DNA from: Squalus acanthias
Taxonomy: Eukaryota
DNA: 64,000 nt
NCBI GenBank assembly: GCA_030390025.1
Contig: CM059431.1
Location: 102,364,001-102,428,000, forward strand
Reading direction: 5' to 3'
The position numbers and the translations under genes were made by a program. A model generated the notes under the pieces. The model searched no databases. It was given only the letters and a program-made list of their open reading frames with translations, and was not told where the DNA came from. Shown piece by piece: positions 1 to 12,059 of this stretch; the stretch's first letter is position 1; every line of letters starts with the position of its first letter.

Positions 1-213
1 TCCTTCTCCACAACACTGCATATGTTTCCTTTTCAACTATTTATCCAATTCCATTTTGAAAGTTACTATTGAATCTGCTTCCACCGCCCTTTCACGCAGC
101 GCATTCCAGATCACAACAATTCTCCTCATCTCCCCTCTCTGGTTCTTTTGAGAATTAATTTAAATCTGTGTCCTCTGGTTACCCACCCTCCCGCCAGTTT
201 CCCCTTATTTACT

Positions 214-1137
214 GGGCCTTACACTAAACATCCTTAAGACAAAGGTCCTCTACCAACCTGCCCCCGCCACACAGTACTGTCCCCCGATTATCAAAATCCA
301 CGACGAGGCCTTGGACAACGCGGACCACTTTCCATACCTCGGGAGCCTACTGTCAACAAGGGGAGACGTTGATGGCGAAGTCCAACACCGCCTTCAGTGT
401 GCCAGTGCATCCTTCGGTCACCTGAGGAAGAGAGAGTGTTTGAAGACCAGGACCTCAAACCCGGCACCAAGCTCATGGTCTACAGAGCAGTAGTGATACC
501 CGCCCTCCTGTATGCTTCAGAGACATGGACCATGTACAGCAGGCACCTCAAAGCACTGGAGGTACCACCAATGCTGCCTCCACAAGATCCTGCAAATCCA
601 TTGGCAGGATAGGCGCACCAACGTCAGTGTTCTCGCTCAGGCCAACATCCCCAGCATCGAAGCTTTGACCACGCTCGATCAGCTCCAATGGACGGGTCAC
701 ATCGTCTGCATGCCCGATACGAGACTCCCAAAACAAGCGCTCTACTCGGAGCTCCGACACGGCAAGAGAGCCCCAGGTGGGCAGAGGAAACGCTTCAAGG
801 ACACCCTCAAAGCCTCCTTGAAAAAGTGCAACATCCCCACTGACACCTGGGAATCCCTGGCCCAAGACCGCACAAAGTGGAGGAGAAGCATCCGGGAAGG
901 CGCCGAACACCTCGAGTCTCTTCGCCGGGAGCAAGCGGAAGCCAAGCGCAAACAGCGGAAGGAGCGCACGTTAACCCAAACATGCACCCCACCCACCCGC
1001 CCCTTCAACCACCGTCTGCCCCACCTGTGACAGAGACTGTAGGTCCTGCATTGAACTCATCAGCCACCTGAGAACTCACTTTTAGTGCGGAAGCAAGTCA
1101 TCCTCGGTTCCGAGGGGCTGCCTAAGAAGAGGAGAAG
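214..1137 (+). mobile_element. 5'-truncated RTE-clade LINE (C-terminal ORF, frameshifted) inserted in a CR1 fragment
   Basis: Peptides YRAVVIPALLYASETWT, KILQIHWQDRRTN and RLPKQALYSEL...RKRFKDTLK. CR1 flanks (1-213, 1138-1365, minus strand) rejoin across it. Confidence 0.85.
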
Positions 1138-4100
1138 ACTCTATCAAAACCCCTCATAATCTTCAACACCTCTATTAAATCTCCCCTTAACCTTCTCTGC
1201 TCTAAGGAGAACAACCCCAGCTTCTCCAGTCTCTCCACGTCACTGAAGTCCCTCATCCCTGGTACCATTCTAGTAAATCTCCTCTGCACCCTCTCCAAGG
1301 CTTTGACATCCTTCCTAAAGTGCGGCGCCCAGAATTGGAGACAATACTCCAGCTGAGGCCTGACCGGTGAAAAAGTATTTTATTTGTTGCATTTTAATAA
1401 GAGGAAAAAAAATACTAGAAACAGCCAGAAGAGAAAAAGGAAACACACAAACTGGCTGAACACTCTTGACTCCTGCCTTTAATAAAATGTGGTCAACTAT
1501 ACATTTTTTCTTTACGTTAGTATGTCTAAAGCCACCCTCCGCTATGGTTTGTGTGCTTACACATAACTTCTGTATTTCCATTCGTTTTCTGTTATTGGTT
1601 TGAGTGTGTTCAACAATTACGGGATCTGCTGGGGTTTGCTAATCCAGCCAGTCTTCCGTGGAATTAACTGACCGTCTGTTTCTCAATACTATTCCAAGAT
1701 AGTCACTGGATTCCACTTACCTCCCCCACCAATTATAAACCCACTCGGGAAATCCTCATTGTGGTTTCAAATGTTCTGATAAAATGCATCCCGACTTTCC
1801 TTGTAACCATCTGTTTTATATACTGTGCCTAAGAGGGGGGGAGGGGGGGGGGGGTGGAAACTCAACCGCATCATGGCTCCAAGCAAGGGCTTTTGCTTCT
1901 TAACCATCAGCTCAAGAAGGGAAATCTTTCCCTGGAGAGTGTAACACATATTGGAAGTCCGGGGGTGGCCTGGCCATTGAGAAATGGGGAGATTTCCCAA
2001 GGGCCCCTGTGAATGGTTACACAGTGCACCTCTCCCCCTCCCCCTCCCCCACCCCCCCGCCTTTCTCCATGAGAATTCCCAAGAATCCCACACACTTTTT
2101 TTTTTAAAGAGGAGCCAGTCCGAGTCCAAGTATCTTGAGTTGGGCTCTGAGGATTCAACAGTCACACGTGTGGCCGGCACAAAGAAGTGCAGCTCACAGA
2201 TTGTCCGGTCTTAACATTTTCAAAGAACCATTCTCTCTGAGAAAATGAGATGCATTTCAATCATTAAAAGTCGCAGGATAACAAAGCCATAAGAACATAA
2301 GTAGGAGCAGGAGTCGGCCATACGGCCCACTGAGCCATCCAATAAGATCACGGCTGATCTTCTACCTCAACTCTACTTTCTCACCCGATCCCCACATCCC
2401 TTGATTCCCTTAGAGTCCAAAAATCCATCCATCTCAGCCTTGAATAAACTCAACGACTCAGCATTCACAGGGGTAGAGAATTCCAAAGATTCACAACCCT
2501 CTGAGTGAAGAAATTCCTCCTCATCTCGGTCTTAAATGGCCGACCCCTTATCCTGAAATGTGACGATGACCAGATAATCTGTTTTAGTGATGTTGGTTGA
2601 GGGACAAATATTGGCCCAGGACACCGGGGAGGGGGGGCGGAAACGGAGATTAGGACCTTTTTAATGGATGAATTAAGATGGGCCGAATGCCCTTCCTCAT
2701 CTTTACTACCTGGTGAAATTGTACCTGCTCTCTCAGCAAGCTGAACTACTTTGTTCCAAATCCACGATTACTCGTCAGCGTTGCACTGTATAACACTGAC
2801 CCGGTTGTCTTTCCAAGTTAGTTCAACAGAAATTCCTCGCTTTTGATAAATACCATGCAACGGAAACCAAACTACGTACAAAAGGTATCAGTATCACAGC
2901 GCAGGACTTCGAGAATCGACAGAAAAATTAGATTTACACAACGGTCACAAATATCACATAACTAGATGTATTAAGTTGCAGATGCCGAACGTCGAAATTG
3001 GAAAGAGGCAGCCACGGTGCCGGATAATGAGCTACTATTCACTTCCAATCACATCACTGTTTTTCCACTGTGAATCAGCTGCCAAAAAGTCGTATGTTTC
3101 TGCTCACGCGTTAGCTGAACATGAAATGCCATTTCCTTCCCCCCCCCCCCCCCCCCTCATAATCATAGTTTTATTTTTTCATTTTATTACATAGAACGTA
3201 CAGCACAGAACCAGGCCATTCGGCCCAACAGATATTTGCCGGTGTTTATGCTCCACACCAGCCTCCTCCCACCTTACTTTATCTCACGCTATCAGCGTAT
3301 CCTTCTATTCCTTTCTCCCTCATGTGCTTATCTAGCTTCCCCTGCAATGCATCTCTGCTATTCGCCTGAGCCACTCTCTGTGGTAGCGAGTTCCACATTC
3401 TCACCACTCTCTGGTAAAGAGGTTTCTCCTGAATTCCCTATCGGATTTATTAGTGACTATCTTATATTGATGGCCCCTAGTTCTGGTCTCCCCCACAAGC
3501 GGAAACCTGTTCTCTATCCTATCAAACCCCTTCATAATTTTCCAAGACCTCTATTCGGTCTCCCCTCAGCCATTTCGAAGAGAAATGACCCCAGCCTGTT
3601 CAGTCTTTCCCGATAGATATGACCTCTCAGTTCTGGTATCATCCTTGTAAATCTTTTGTGCACCTTCTCCAGTGCCGCGATATCCTTTTTGTAATATGGA
3701 GACCAGAACTGTGCGCAGTGCTCCCAAGTGTGGTCTAACCAAGGTTCGACACAATTTTAACATAACGTCTCTGCTTTTCAATTCTATCCCTTGAGAAATG
3801 AACCACATTATTTCTGTTAAATTTTTTATATTACATTTTTTTTTTTAAATGCTCGCTCGTCCCCAACCCCAAAGCGAAGCATTCACCAGCCAAGATACAC
3901 ACCAGGAAAAGCTTCCAGGTTACCTCCAATCCTGCTGTTGAATTTGCTGGCATGAGGTGTGCAAGCGCTGCCTGGGCTGATTCTTCCCTCCGATTCCTTT
4001 CCGTTTCTCTGTACTTGGAAGTACCTAGACTACAGGGGAGTTCTCCCCGCTATCCTGGGGGGCCAATATTATTCCCTCAATCAACATCACTAAAAAAAAC

Positions 4101-4269
4101 CCAGACCATCTGGTCATCATCACATTCCTGTTTGTGGGAGCTTGCTGTGCGCAAACTGGCGGCCACATTTCCTTACATTACAAGAGTGACTCCACTTCAT
4201 AAAGTACTTCATTGGCTGTAAAGCGCTTTGGGACGTCCTGAGGTCGTGAAAGGCGCTATAGAAATGCAA

Positions 4270-4845
4270 GGAGGAAAAATTCAGTTGCTTTGCGCCTCCC
4301 GTTAGAACATCATCGCCGTACGCAGCGCCCCGGCCACGATCTTCGGTAGCACCCCCTGACTTGCCGCCGGACGCTATGTCCGACGGGGTCAGGGGGGGCT
4401 TGCCTGCGGCCGGGGCGGTGCCAGTTAAAGGGGAGGTGCCGGGCGGCCATTTTTGTTGCTGGCCGCCTGCCAGCACCTGCCCCCTCTACCGTCCCCGGCC
4501 TCCTCAGCAGCCCCCCCACCCCCCCGCGGAGTGCCGGCTGCGCTCCGTGAGCCCGGCACTCCTTGAGTGCCGGGTTCTTTTGCCGGCACTCCCAATCCCT
4601 GGTGGCCCAGCTGGACCCCGGGTCGCGCTGCACTAGGCCCCTCCCCTTTAAGGGGAGGAAGGCCTACAGTACCGCGGCGCGATGTGCCGCAAATGCCCCA
4701 AGAGGGAGGTGGGGCGCTTCCAGTAGCACCCTGCTTCCCTCTTGGGGCACTACTGATGAATTTCGGCCGTGGGGATGCTAATTTTTCCGCCCCTGCGAAG
4801 TTAGCGCCCCAAAGGGGGCGCGACTCAATTTCCCCCCCCCCCCCC
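4270..4845. mobile_element. GC-rich non-autonomous DNA transposon (Harbinger-like ends) inserted in a DeuSINE tail
   Basis: Ends ggaggaaaaattc / aatttccccc. The 5' segment gcgcctcccgtta is shared with the element at 60828. The SINE tail gcaag...ctttc rejoins across it. Confidence 0.55.
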
Positions 4846-5055
4846 ACCAAGACTTTCCTTTCTTTCTCGCAATGCACTGCAACGTTTGCAAGCCTTGCTT
4901 ACTGTGTGGTCCCCTGTATCTGCCCGATAATAGAAAACGGAACTGTGCAAAAATGATTGTTGCGGTTAAAACCTACAACTGCTCCACTTCCAATTATACA
5001 CAGACTGCAAGTCGGAACAGTTAAACCCTGAACAGTCTGCGGAGAGCTAACGGTT

Positions 5056-5057
<2 letters not shown>

Positions 5058-5091
<34 letters not shown>
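5058..5091. repeat. (GA)n microsatellite
   Basis: Directly visible GA dinucleotide run. Confidence 0.95.
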
Positions 5092-5093
<2 letters not shown>

Positions 5094-5717
5094 CAAAATT
5101 CTAATTGCAAGCCGTCACGTGACGATACAAGACAGTGACAAGAACGGCCCCTGTTAAATCTATTCTCCAGCGGCGCAAACACATCCAGCTCAGCTGTGCC
5201 TCCAGAGAGACATGAAACCGCCATCGAGTATGTTGCCGCTCTCGGAGGCACAGTTAAACGCCACGGAGGATAAATCAGTCTGGGGCGATACCACAAAATA
5301 CGCCGACAGTGACTCATTGTTCACTCTGCCCAATTTTCTTACCCATTGAAGTGCCGAATCGCAGTCGCCTTATTGTGTGTCCAGCGTCCCGGAAAAATTT
5401 ACACCCCCCAATGTCTTGCCATGCATTTGGGTAGTTTTACCACTTTAAAAAAAAAACCTCCTTCACACGCTGATTATTTTGAGCATTCCTTCATTTTGAG
5501 CAGGTTAGCGCCACTCAGCAAGCCTGCCAAATGTTCAGCATGCCATAATAGGCATGGCATGAAGATGACACCAGACACGCTCAGGGTTATGTCTACATAC
5601 TGGGAGGGCGAATCCAAAACAGTTCAACAGCAACTTCAAACCAGTTACCTGCCTGTTTTGATAATACAGAAAGCTGCGTGTCGATAGATGCAGAGTCGCA
5701 GCATACTTCATTGAAAC

Positions 5718-6095
5718 TTACAGCACAGGAGGAGGCCGTTCGGCCCATCGTGCCTGTGCCGGCTCTTTGAAAGAGCTCTCCAATTGTTCCCACTCCCCCT
5801 GCTCTTTCCCCATAGCCCTGCAAATTTATTTCCTTTTCAAGTATTTATCCAATTCCCCCTTTTGAAAGTATCTATTGAATCTGCTCCCACCGCCCTTTCA
5901 GGCAGCGCGTTCCAGATCACAACAACTCGCTGCGTAAAAAAAGTCTTCTCATCTCCCCCCTCTGGTTCTTTTGCCAATTACCTTCAATCTGTGTCCTCTG
6001 GTTACCGACCCTCCTGCCAGTGGAAACAGTTTCTCCTTATTTACTCTATCAAAACCCTTCATGATTTTGAACACCTCGATTAAATCTAACCTCAG
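5718..6095 (-). mobile_element. CR1 LINE 3' fragment
   Basis: DLIEVFKIMKGFDRVNKEKLFPL...RGHRLKV plus typical 3' UTR. Confidence 0.85.
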
Positions 6096-6499
6096 CCTCC
6101 CCCAGTCTTCTCCTGGAATCACTGGGAAAGAGTCGGAAAGCAACAGAGCTAGCCCCGAAGAATTATCTGAGACATTCGGAGTAGTTCCACAGGGAGCGGG
6201 TGCAACTGCAGCGGAGAACTTAGAGCGCGCTGTCCAGGTGATGACACGAAAACTGGCCACTTGGGCAAGACCCCCGAGGGCTGCTAGTGCCTGTGGAATA
6301 GGGGTCGCCAACCCTCCGGGAATGCCCTGGAGTCCCCAGGAGTAGAAGACTAATCTCTCCAGGACACTGCTGCCAGCAACCCCAGGGAGGAAAATCATTG
6401 GGGCAATTAAAAAAGTAGGTTTTTCTTTTAAATACTTTTGTTTATTAGTTCTAAAAGTATTGGAGATGGGAAAATGGCTGTTTGACTGGCATTCAAGAA

Positions 6500-7545
6500 T
6501 TATTTTTTTTTAGTTCATAGGATGTGGACGTCACTGGCAAGGCCAGCATTTATTGCCCATCCCTAGTTGCCCTTGAGAAGGTGGTGGAGGGCCGCCTTCT
6601 TGAACCGCTGCAGTCCGTGTGGTGAAGGTGCTCCCACAGTGCTGTTAGGGAGGGAGTTCCAGGATTTTGAACCAGCGACGATGAAGGATCGGCCGATATA
6701 CAGGAAACTTTCGTTTATCCGGCATCGACGGGACCGGCGTGGTGCCGGTTTATCGAAAGTACCGGATAACAGAGAGTTATATCTACCGAGGCTATTTTTA
6801 ACAAAGAGACTCCAAGCAGCACGGGAGAATCTACTCATGCTACTGCAATGTTTCGGACTTGCGACAGCGCCAGGAGGCCGAGTAGTGGCACTTTTGAAAA
6901 GTACCCCTACTGACTAAATCGGCGTTCGCGGACTCGGACTCGGGATCGGCAACATTGCCGGTTATTAGAGAGGATTTTTCGGAGCACTCGGTGTTCGCGG
7001 AGACTCGACTGCGACTCGGCAACATTGCCGGTTATTTGAGAGGAGTTTTCGGAGGATGATTTTTGCCGGTTAAGCGAGAATTCCGGATATTCGGGTGCCG
7101 GATAAACGAAAGTTTCCTGTACTTCCAAGTCAGGACGGTGTGTGACTTGGCGGGGAACTTGGAGGTGGTGGTCTTCCCATGCGCCTGCTGCCCTTGTCCT
7201 TCTAGGTGGAAGAGGTCGCGGGTTTGGGAGGTGCTGCCGAAGAAGCCTTGGCGAGTTGCTGCAGTGCATCTTGTAGATGGTACACACTGCAGCCACGGTG
7301 CGCCGGTGGTGGAGGGAGTGAATGTTTAAGGTGGTGGATGGGGTGCCAATCAAGCGGGCTGCTTTGTCCTGGATGGTGTTGAGCTTCTTGAGTGTTGTTG
7401 GAGCTGCACTCATCCAGGCCAGTGGAGAGTATTCCATCACACTCCTGACTTGTGCCTTGTAGATGGTGGAAAGGCTTTGGGGAGTCAGGAGGTGAGACAC
7501 TCGCCGCAGAATACCCAGCCTCTGACCTGCTCTTGTTGCCACAAT
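6500..7545 (-). mobile_element. CR1-type LINE 3' portion (second family), split by a MITE
   Basis: QRLGILRRV...IYKAQVRSVMEYSPLAW...LHHRRTVAAVCTIYKMH and 3' tail gggatgggcaataaatgc. Confidence 0.85.
6701..7119. mobile_element. Tc1/mariner (pogo/Tigger-like) MITE
   Basis: 24-bp perfect TIR CAGGAAACTTTCGTTTATCCGGCA with TA on both sides; the host CR1 rejoins across it. Confidence 0.85.
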
Positions 7546-8208
7546 CATCCAATCGGGAAATGAAGAGTTTTTTCGGGTTCCGATTGGCTGTGGGAAGGCA
7601 GTGCGCCACAAGGATGGACGTGCTGGGCGACCAATGGCGGGAGCGGGGGCGGTCATGTGATGAAACCTCCAGGAACACATTCAACCAGAGTTGCCGACCC
7701 TAGTGTGTAACCGTGCCCCAGGATAGATAGAAATCGAGGGGACAAAATGTTTCCATTTGGAAACAGAAAAAAAGTCAACATCAGTCGTTTGTGAAAAGTT
7801 GTGCATTTGGCAGATACTGAACCTGTTACAGTGCAAACTTTAACCATGCATTTGTTTTGGAACTTTATCTTAGTTTTCATTCAAACTTATCGTTAAAAAG
7901 ATTAAGTGCAGCTCCAGACAAAACCTATGGGACATCCATTTGTATACATAATAATAATGTCAGATGAGTTACTAACCCATAGTAACAGCACCCACTGAAC
8001 ATGTGCCCTCTGTTTCGTATTATTTACCATTTATCCAATCTGAGATGCGTTAGGTATTAACAGGAGGACCCTACCTTGTGGGGGAAGCGAGGCTCTTCAG
8101 ATTACAATGACTCGCCCTCCCACCTCCACATAAGTAAGAGGCTGTTTGTTTATTCTCCTTGCTTGTTCGGAGAAATCCCCACATTCCTCAATGGCCACAG
8201 CCCTACAG

Positions 8209-9335
8209 TGTCAGCCGTGGCTCAGTGGGTCATACTCGTGCCTTGGAGTCAGAAGGTTGTGGGTTCGAGTCCCACTCCAGAGACTTGAGCATAAAATCCA
8301 GGATGACCCTCCCAGTGCAGTGCTGGGGGAGCGGCGCACTGTCGGAGGGGCAGTACTGAGGGAGCGCCGCACTGTGGGAGGGGCGGTACTGAGGGAGCGC
8401 CGCACTGTGGGAGGGGCGGTACTGAGGGAGCGCCGCACTGTCGGAGGGACGGTACTGAGGGAGCGCCGCACTGTCGGAGGGTCGGTACTGAGGGAGCGCA
8501 GCACTGTGGGAGGGGCGGTACTGAGGGACCGTCGCACTGTGGGAGGGGCGGTACTGAGGGAGCGCCGCACTGTCGGAGGGGCGGTACTGAGAGAGCACCG
8601 CACTGTCGGAGGGTCAGTACTGAGGGAGCGCAGCACTGTCGGAGGGGCATAACTGAGGGAGTGCCGCACTGTCGGAGGGGCGGTACTGAGGGAGCGCCGC
8701 ACTGTCGGAGGGGCGGTACTGAGGGAGCGCCGCACTGTCGGAGGGGCGGTACTGAGGGAGCACCGCACTGTGGGAGGGCTAGTACGGAGCGAGCGCCGCA
8801 CTGTGCGAAGGGCAGTACTGAGGGAGCGTCGCACTGTCGGAGGGGCAGTACTGAGGGAGCGCAGCACTGTCGAAGGGGCAGTACTGAGGGAGCGCAGCAC
8901 TGTCGGAGGGGCAGTACTGAGGGAGCGCCGCACTGTCGGAGGGGCAGTGCTGAGGGAGCGCCGCACTGTCGGAGGGGCAGTACTGAGGGAGCGCCACACT
9001 GTCGAAGGTGCCGTCTTTCAAATGAGACCTTATACCGAGGCCCCATCTGCTCTCTCATGTGAACGTAAAAGATCCCATGACACTATTTTGAAGAAGAGCA
9101 GAGGAGTTCTCCCCGGTGACCTGACCAATATTTATCCCTCAACCAACATCACTAAAAAAGAATTTCTGGTCATTATCTCATTACTGTTTGTGGGAGCTTG
9201 CTGTGAGCAAATTGGCTGCCTGCGTTTCCTACATTACGACAGTGACTGGACACAAAAGTACTTCATTGGCTGTAAAGCGCTCTGGGACATCTGGTGGTCG
9301 TGAAAGGCGCTATATAAATGCAAGTCTTTCTTTCT
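8209..9335 (+). mobile_element. tRNA-derived DeuSINE (SacSINE1-like) with internal minisatellite
   Basis: A/B-box head (tggctcagtgg...ggttcgagtccc), Deu-like core (gtgccgtcttt...aaaagatcccatg...) and tail aaggcgctatataaatgcaagtctttc. Confidence 0.85.
8320..9010 (+). repeat. 33-bp minisatellite, about 21 units (gtactgagggagcgccgcactgtcggaggggcg)
   Basis: Visible tandem array with 11-aa periodicity in all overlapping ORFs. Confidence 0.95.
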
Positions 9336-9449
9336 CTAGGCTCACGCTCTTGCTAGAGAAGATAACTATTCTGCTAGGTGTCAGGTCAGTAAGTGAGGGG
9401 TTGCCACTGTAGGGGAGAATCAGATTTTATCCAAGTCTGCAGGCCACCT

Positions 9450-10002
9450 AGAACAACAACAACTTGCATTTATATAGCACCTTTAACGTAGTAAAACATC
9501 CCCAGGGCGCTTCACAATCAAACAAAATCTGACCCCGAGCCACATAAGGAGATATTAGGACAGGCGACCAAAAGCTTGGTCAAAGATGTAGGTTTTAAAG
9601 GAGAGTCTTAAAGGAGGAGAGAGAGGTGGAGAGGCGAAGGAATCCCCCCATGGCCTTGCCCCTCCCTATCTCTGTAATCTCCACCAGCTCTACAACCCCC
9701 CGAGATCTCTGCGCTCCTCCAATTCAGGCATCTTGAGCATCCCCGATTTCCATCGCTCCACCATTGGCGGCCGTGCCTTCAGCTGCCTGGGCCCCAAGCT
9801 CTGAAATTCCCTCCCTAAACACCTCTACCTCTCATCTTTTAAATCGCTCCTTAAAACCTACCTCTTTTGACCAAGCTTTTGGTCACCTGCCCAAATATCT
9901 CCTTATGTGGCTCGGTGTCAGGTTTTGTCTGATTACGCTCCTGTGAAGCGCCTTGGGACGTTTTACTACATTAAAGGCGCTGTATAAATGCACACTGTTG
10001 TT
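9450..10002. mobile_element. Two L2-like LINE 3' ends in opposite orientation (9450-9637 minus, 9648-10002 plus)
   Basis: GGRAFS..GP.LWNSLP...FK..LKTYLF-type motif and (ttg)n/(caa)n tails. Confidence 0.75.
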
Positions 10003-10489
10003 TCATATTTCAGCATTTTTAGTTTTTCCTTTTTTATTTTTAAGAAATAAACGAACAGAAGTTTTATATTTAACATCAGCTGTACTGAGGATGTGGGAGG
10101 AGTGCCTTAGTGTAAACACTATGTACCATTTTAAACATAGGGCTAAACATTGTGGGAGTGCCCACAGCCTCAGCAAAACCCCTCTCTGGTTAATTAAATC
10201 AGTCCCCCTTTCAGCTGGCAAACCACACATCAGTTCAGATCATTAGTGACCACCATTTTTATTGACTGTATTTACTTAACGACTTTGTTTTGATTGGTAG
10301 ATCTTAATTTTCCTTTAAGAGGTTCAGTATTTTTTTTGTTTAATCCTGTTCTGTCCACATGCCACACAGCAAATCCCTCCTCTGTTCAGAGGAGTACAAG
10401 CAAGCCGATCCCAGGCATCCACCAACACGAACCTGAAGCCAGTCAACCAGGAGATACTTGAGAATGGCGTAGGGTGACTCTACTTTGGA

Positions 10490-10816
10490 TGGTCCTCCCA
10501 ATCTCTGTAACCTCCTCCAGTCCTATCTCTGTAACCTACTCCTGCCCTACAACCCTCCGAGATCTCCGCGCTCCTCCAATTCTGGTTCTCTTGCGCATCC
10601 CCGATTTTCATCGCTCCACCATTGGTGGCCGTGCCTTCAGTTGCCTGGGCCCTAAGCTCTGGAATTCCCTCCCTAAACCTCTCCGCCTCGCTACCTCTCT
10701 CTCCTCCTTTAAGACGCTCCTCAAAACCTACCTCTTTGACCAAGTTTTTGGCCACCTGTCCCAATATCTCCTTATGTGGCTCAGTGTCAAATGTTGCCTG
10801 GCAACGCTCCCGTGAA
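10490..10816 (+). mobile_element. L2-like LINE 3' fragment
   Basis: IGGRAFSCLGPKLWNSLPKPLR...FKTLLKTYLFDQ. Confidence 0.8.
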
Positions 10817-11102
10817 GAAGATAGATTAAGGAGAAGGAGAGTCAATAAGAAAAAACAAAAGGGAAAAGGTTACTGAGGGGTATGAATCATTCGAGGCTTG
10901 CATTACTTGCATGTGAATGTGCAAATCATTAGAATTAAAGTCAGGGACTTGGAGGAACTAATTAAAATTGAGGGACATGATGTAGCCTTGATGAAAACTA
11001 GGGCAAGACTGGGAACTAAATATTCCTGGCAATAAAATATTCGAATAAAAAAAAGAGAAAATGCTGGAAAGCACTTAGCATCTGTGGAGAGAGCGAGGCA
11101 AA

Positions 11103-11581
11103 AAGAAAGAAAGACTTGCATTTATACACGACCACCGGATGTCCCAAAGCGCTTTACAACCAATGAAGTACTTTCGAAGTGGAGTCACTGTTGTAATGTG
11201 GGAAATGCAGCAGCCAATTTGCGCACAGCAAGCTCCCACAAACAGCAATGTGATAATGACCAGATAATCTGTTTTTTTTTAGTGATGTTGGTTGAGGGAT
11301 AAATATTGGCCCCAGGACACCGGGGAGAACTCCCCCTTGCTCTTCTTCGAAATAGTGGCCATGGGATCTTTTACATCCACCTGAGAGAGCAGACGGGGCC
11401 TCAGTTTAACGTCTCGTCCGAAAGACGGCACCTCCAACAGTGCAGCGCTCCCTCAGTACTGCACTGGGAGAGTGTCAGCCTGGATTTTATGTGCTCAAGT
11501 CCCTGGAGTGGGGACTTGAACCCCCACAACCTTCTGACTCAGAGGCGAGAGAGTGCGCTGCCCACTGAGCCATGGCTGACA
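11103..11581 (-). mobile_element. DeuSINE (SacSINE1-like), full length
   Basis: Reverse complement of the same head, core and tail as 41691-42170. Confidence 0.85.
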
Positions 11582-12059
11582 CTGTTAACGTTGCAGGTCG
11601 ATGACCTCTGACACAGAGGCAGCCTCACCTGCAGAGCGTTGCCAGCACTTTCTGTTTTTACCTGCGATTTTCAGCATCCACAGTATTTTTGTTTTTGTCT
11701 CGGAATAAAATACTGGAGCTGTGGAGCTGGACAAAGCCAAGTTTGAAAATGGGCACCGGCGTAGAGAATTAAAAAAAAATAAAGCGCACACATTTTTTAC
11801 CAAGAGATTACAGACTTCAAAAAAATTTTAATAAATGATAATATTGTGGTGTGTGATCCTCCCCACATACCAACCACAGGTCTAGCACAGCACAATGACA
11901 GGGTTGGAGGCTCAGCGTGTGTTTATTATGGTCTGTTACACGTTTCAGAGCCGAGGTGTGGCTCAGGGTTTATCGCCAGGAAGGACGCCTGCCAAAAGAC
12001 ATTGAATAAAAGTTCAACCCGCGAACGCGATAAGCAGGCAAATAAAATGCCGACCAAAG

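Larger units (their letters stand above)
6299..7702. mobile_element. hAT-like non-autonomous transposon interrupted by a CR1
   Basis: Imperfect TIRs taggggtcgccaac / gttgccgacccta. Degenerate 8-bp TSD ctgtggaa/gtgtgtaa. Related fragments at ~26408-26480 and ~32800-33630. Confidence 0.6.

Noticed and set aside
4120..4956. GC-rich CpG-island-like region with overlapping ORFs
   Set aside because: Bounded by TIR-like ends, inserted within a SINE tail and related to 60828-61672; GC richness explains the ORFs.
6907..7680. 257-aa ORF as a host gene
   Set aside because: Chance frame across hAT, CR1 and MITE pieces.
8146..9062. Long ORFs on both strands with 11-aa repeats; CRISPR-like periodicity
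   Set aside because: Products of a 33-bp tandem repeat inside a SINE; no unique spacers, no cas genes, eukaryotic context.
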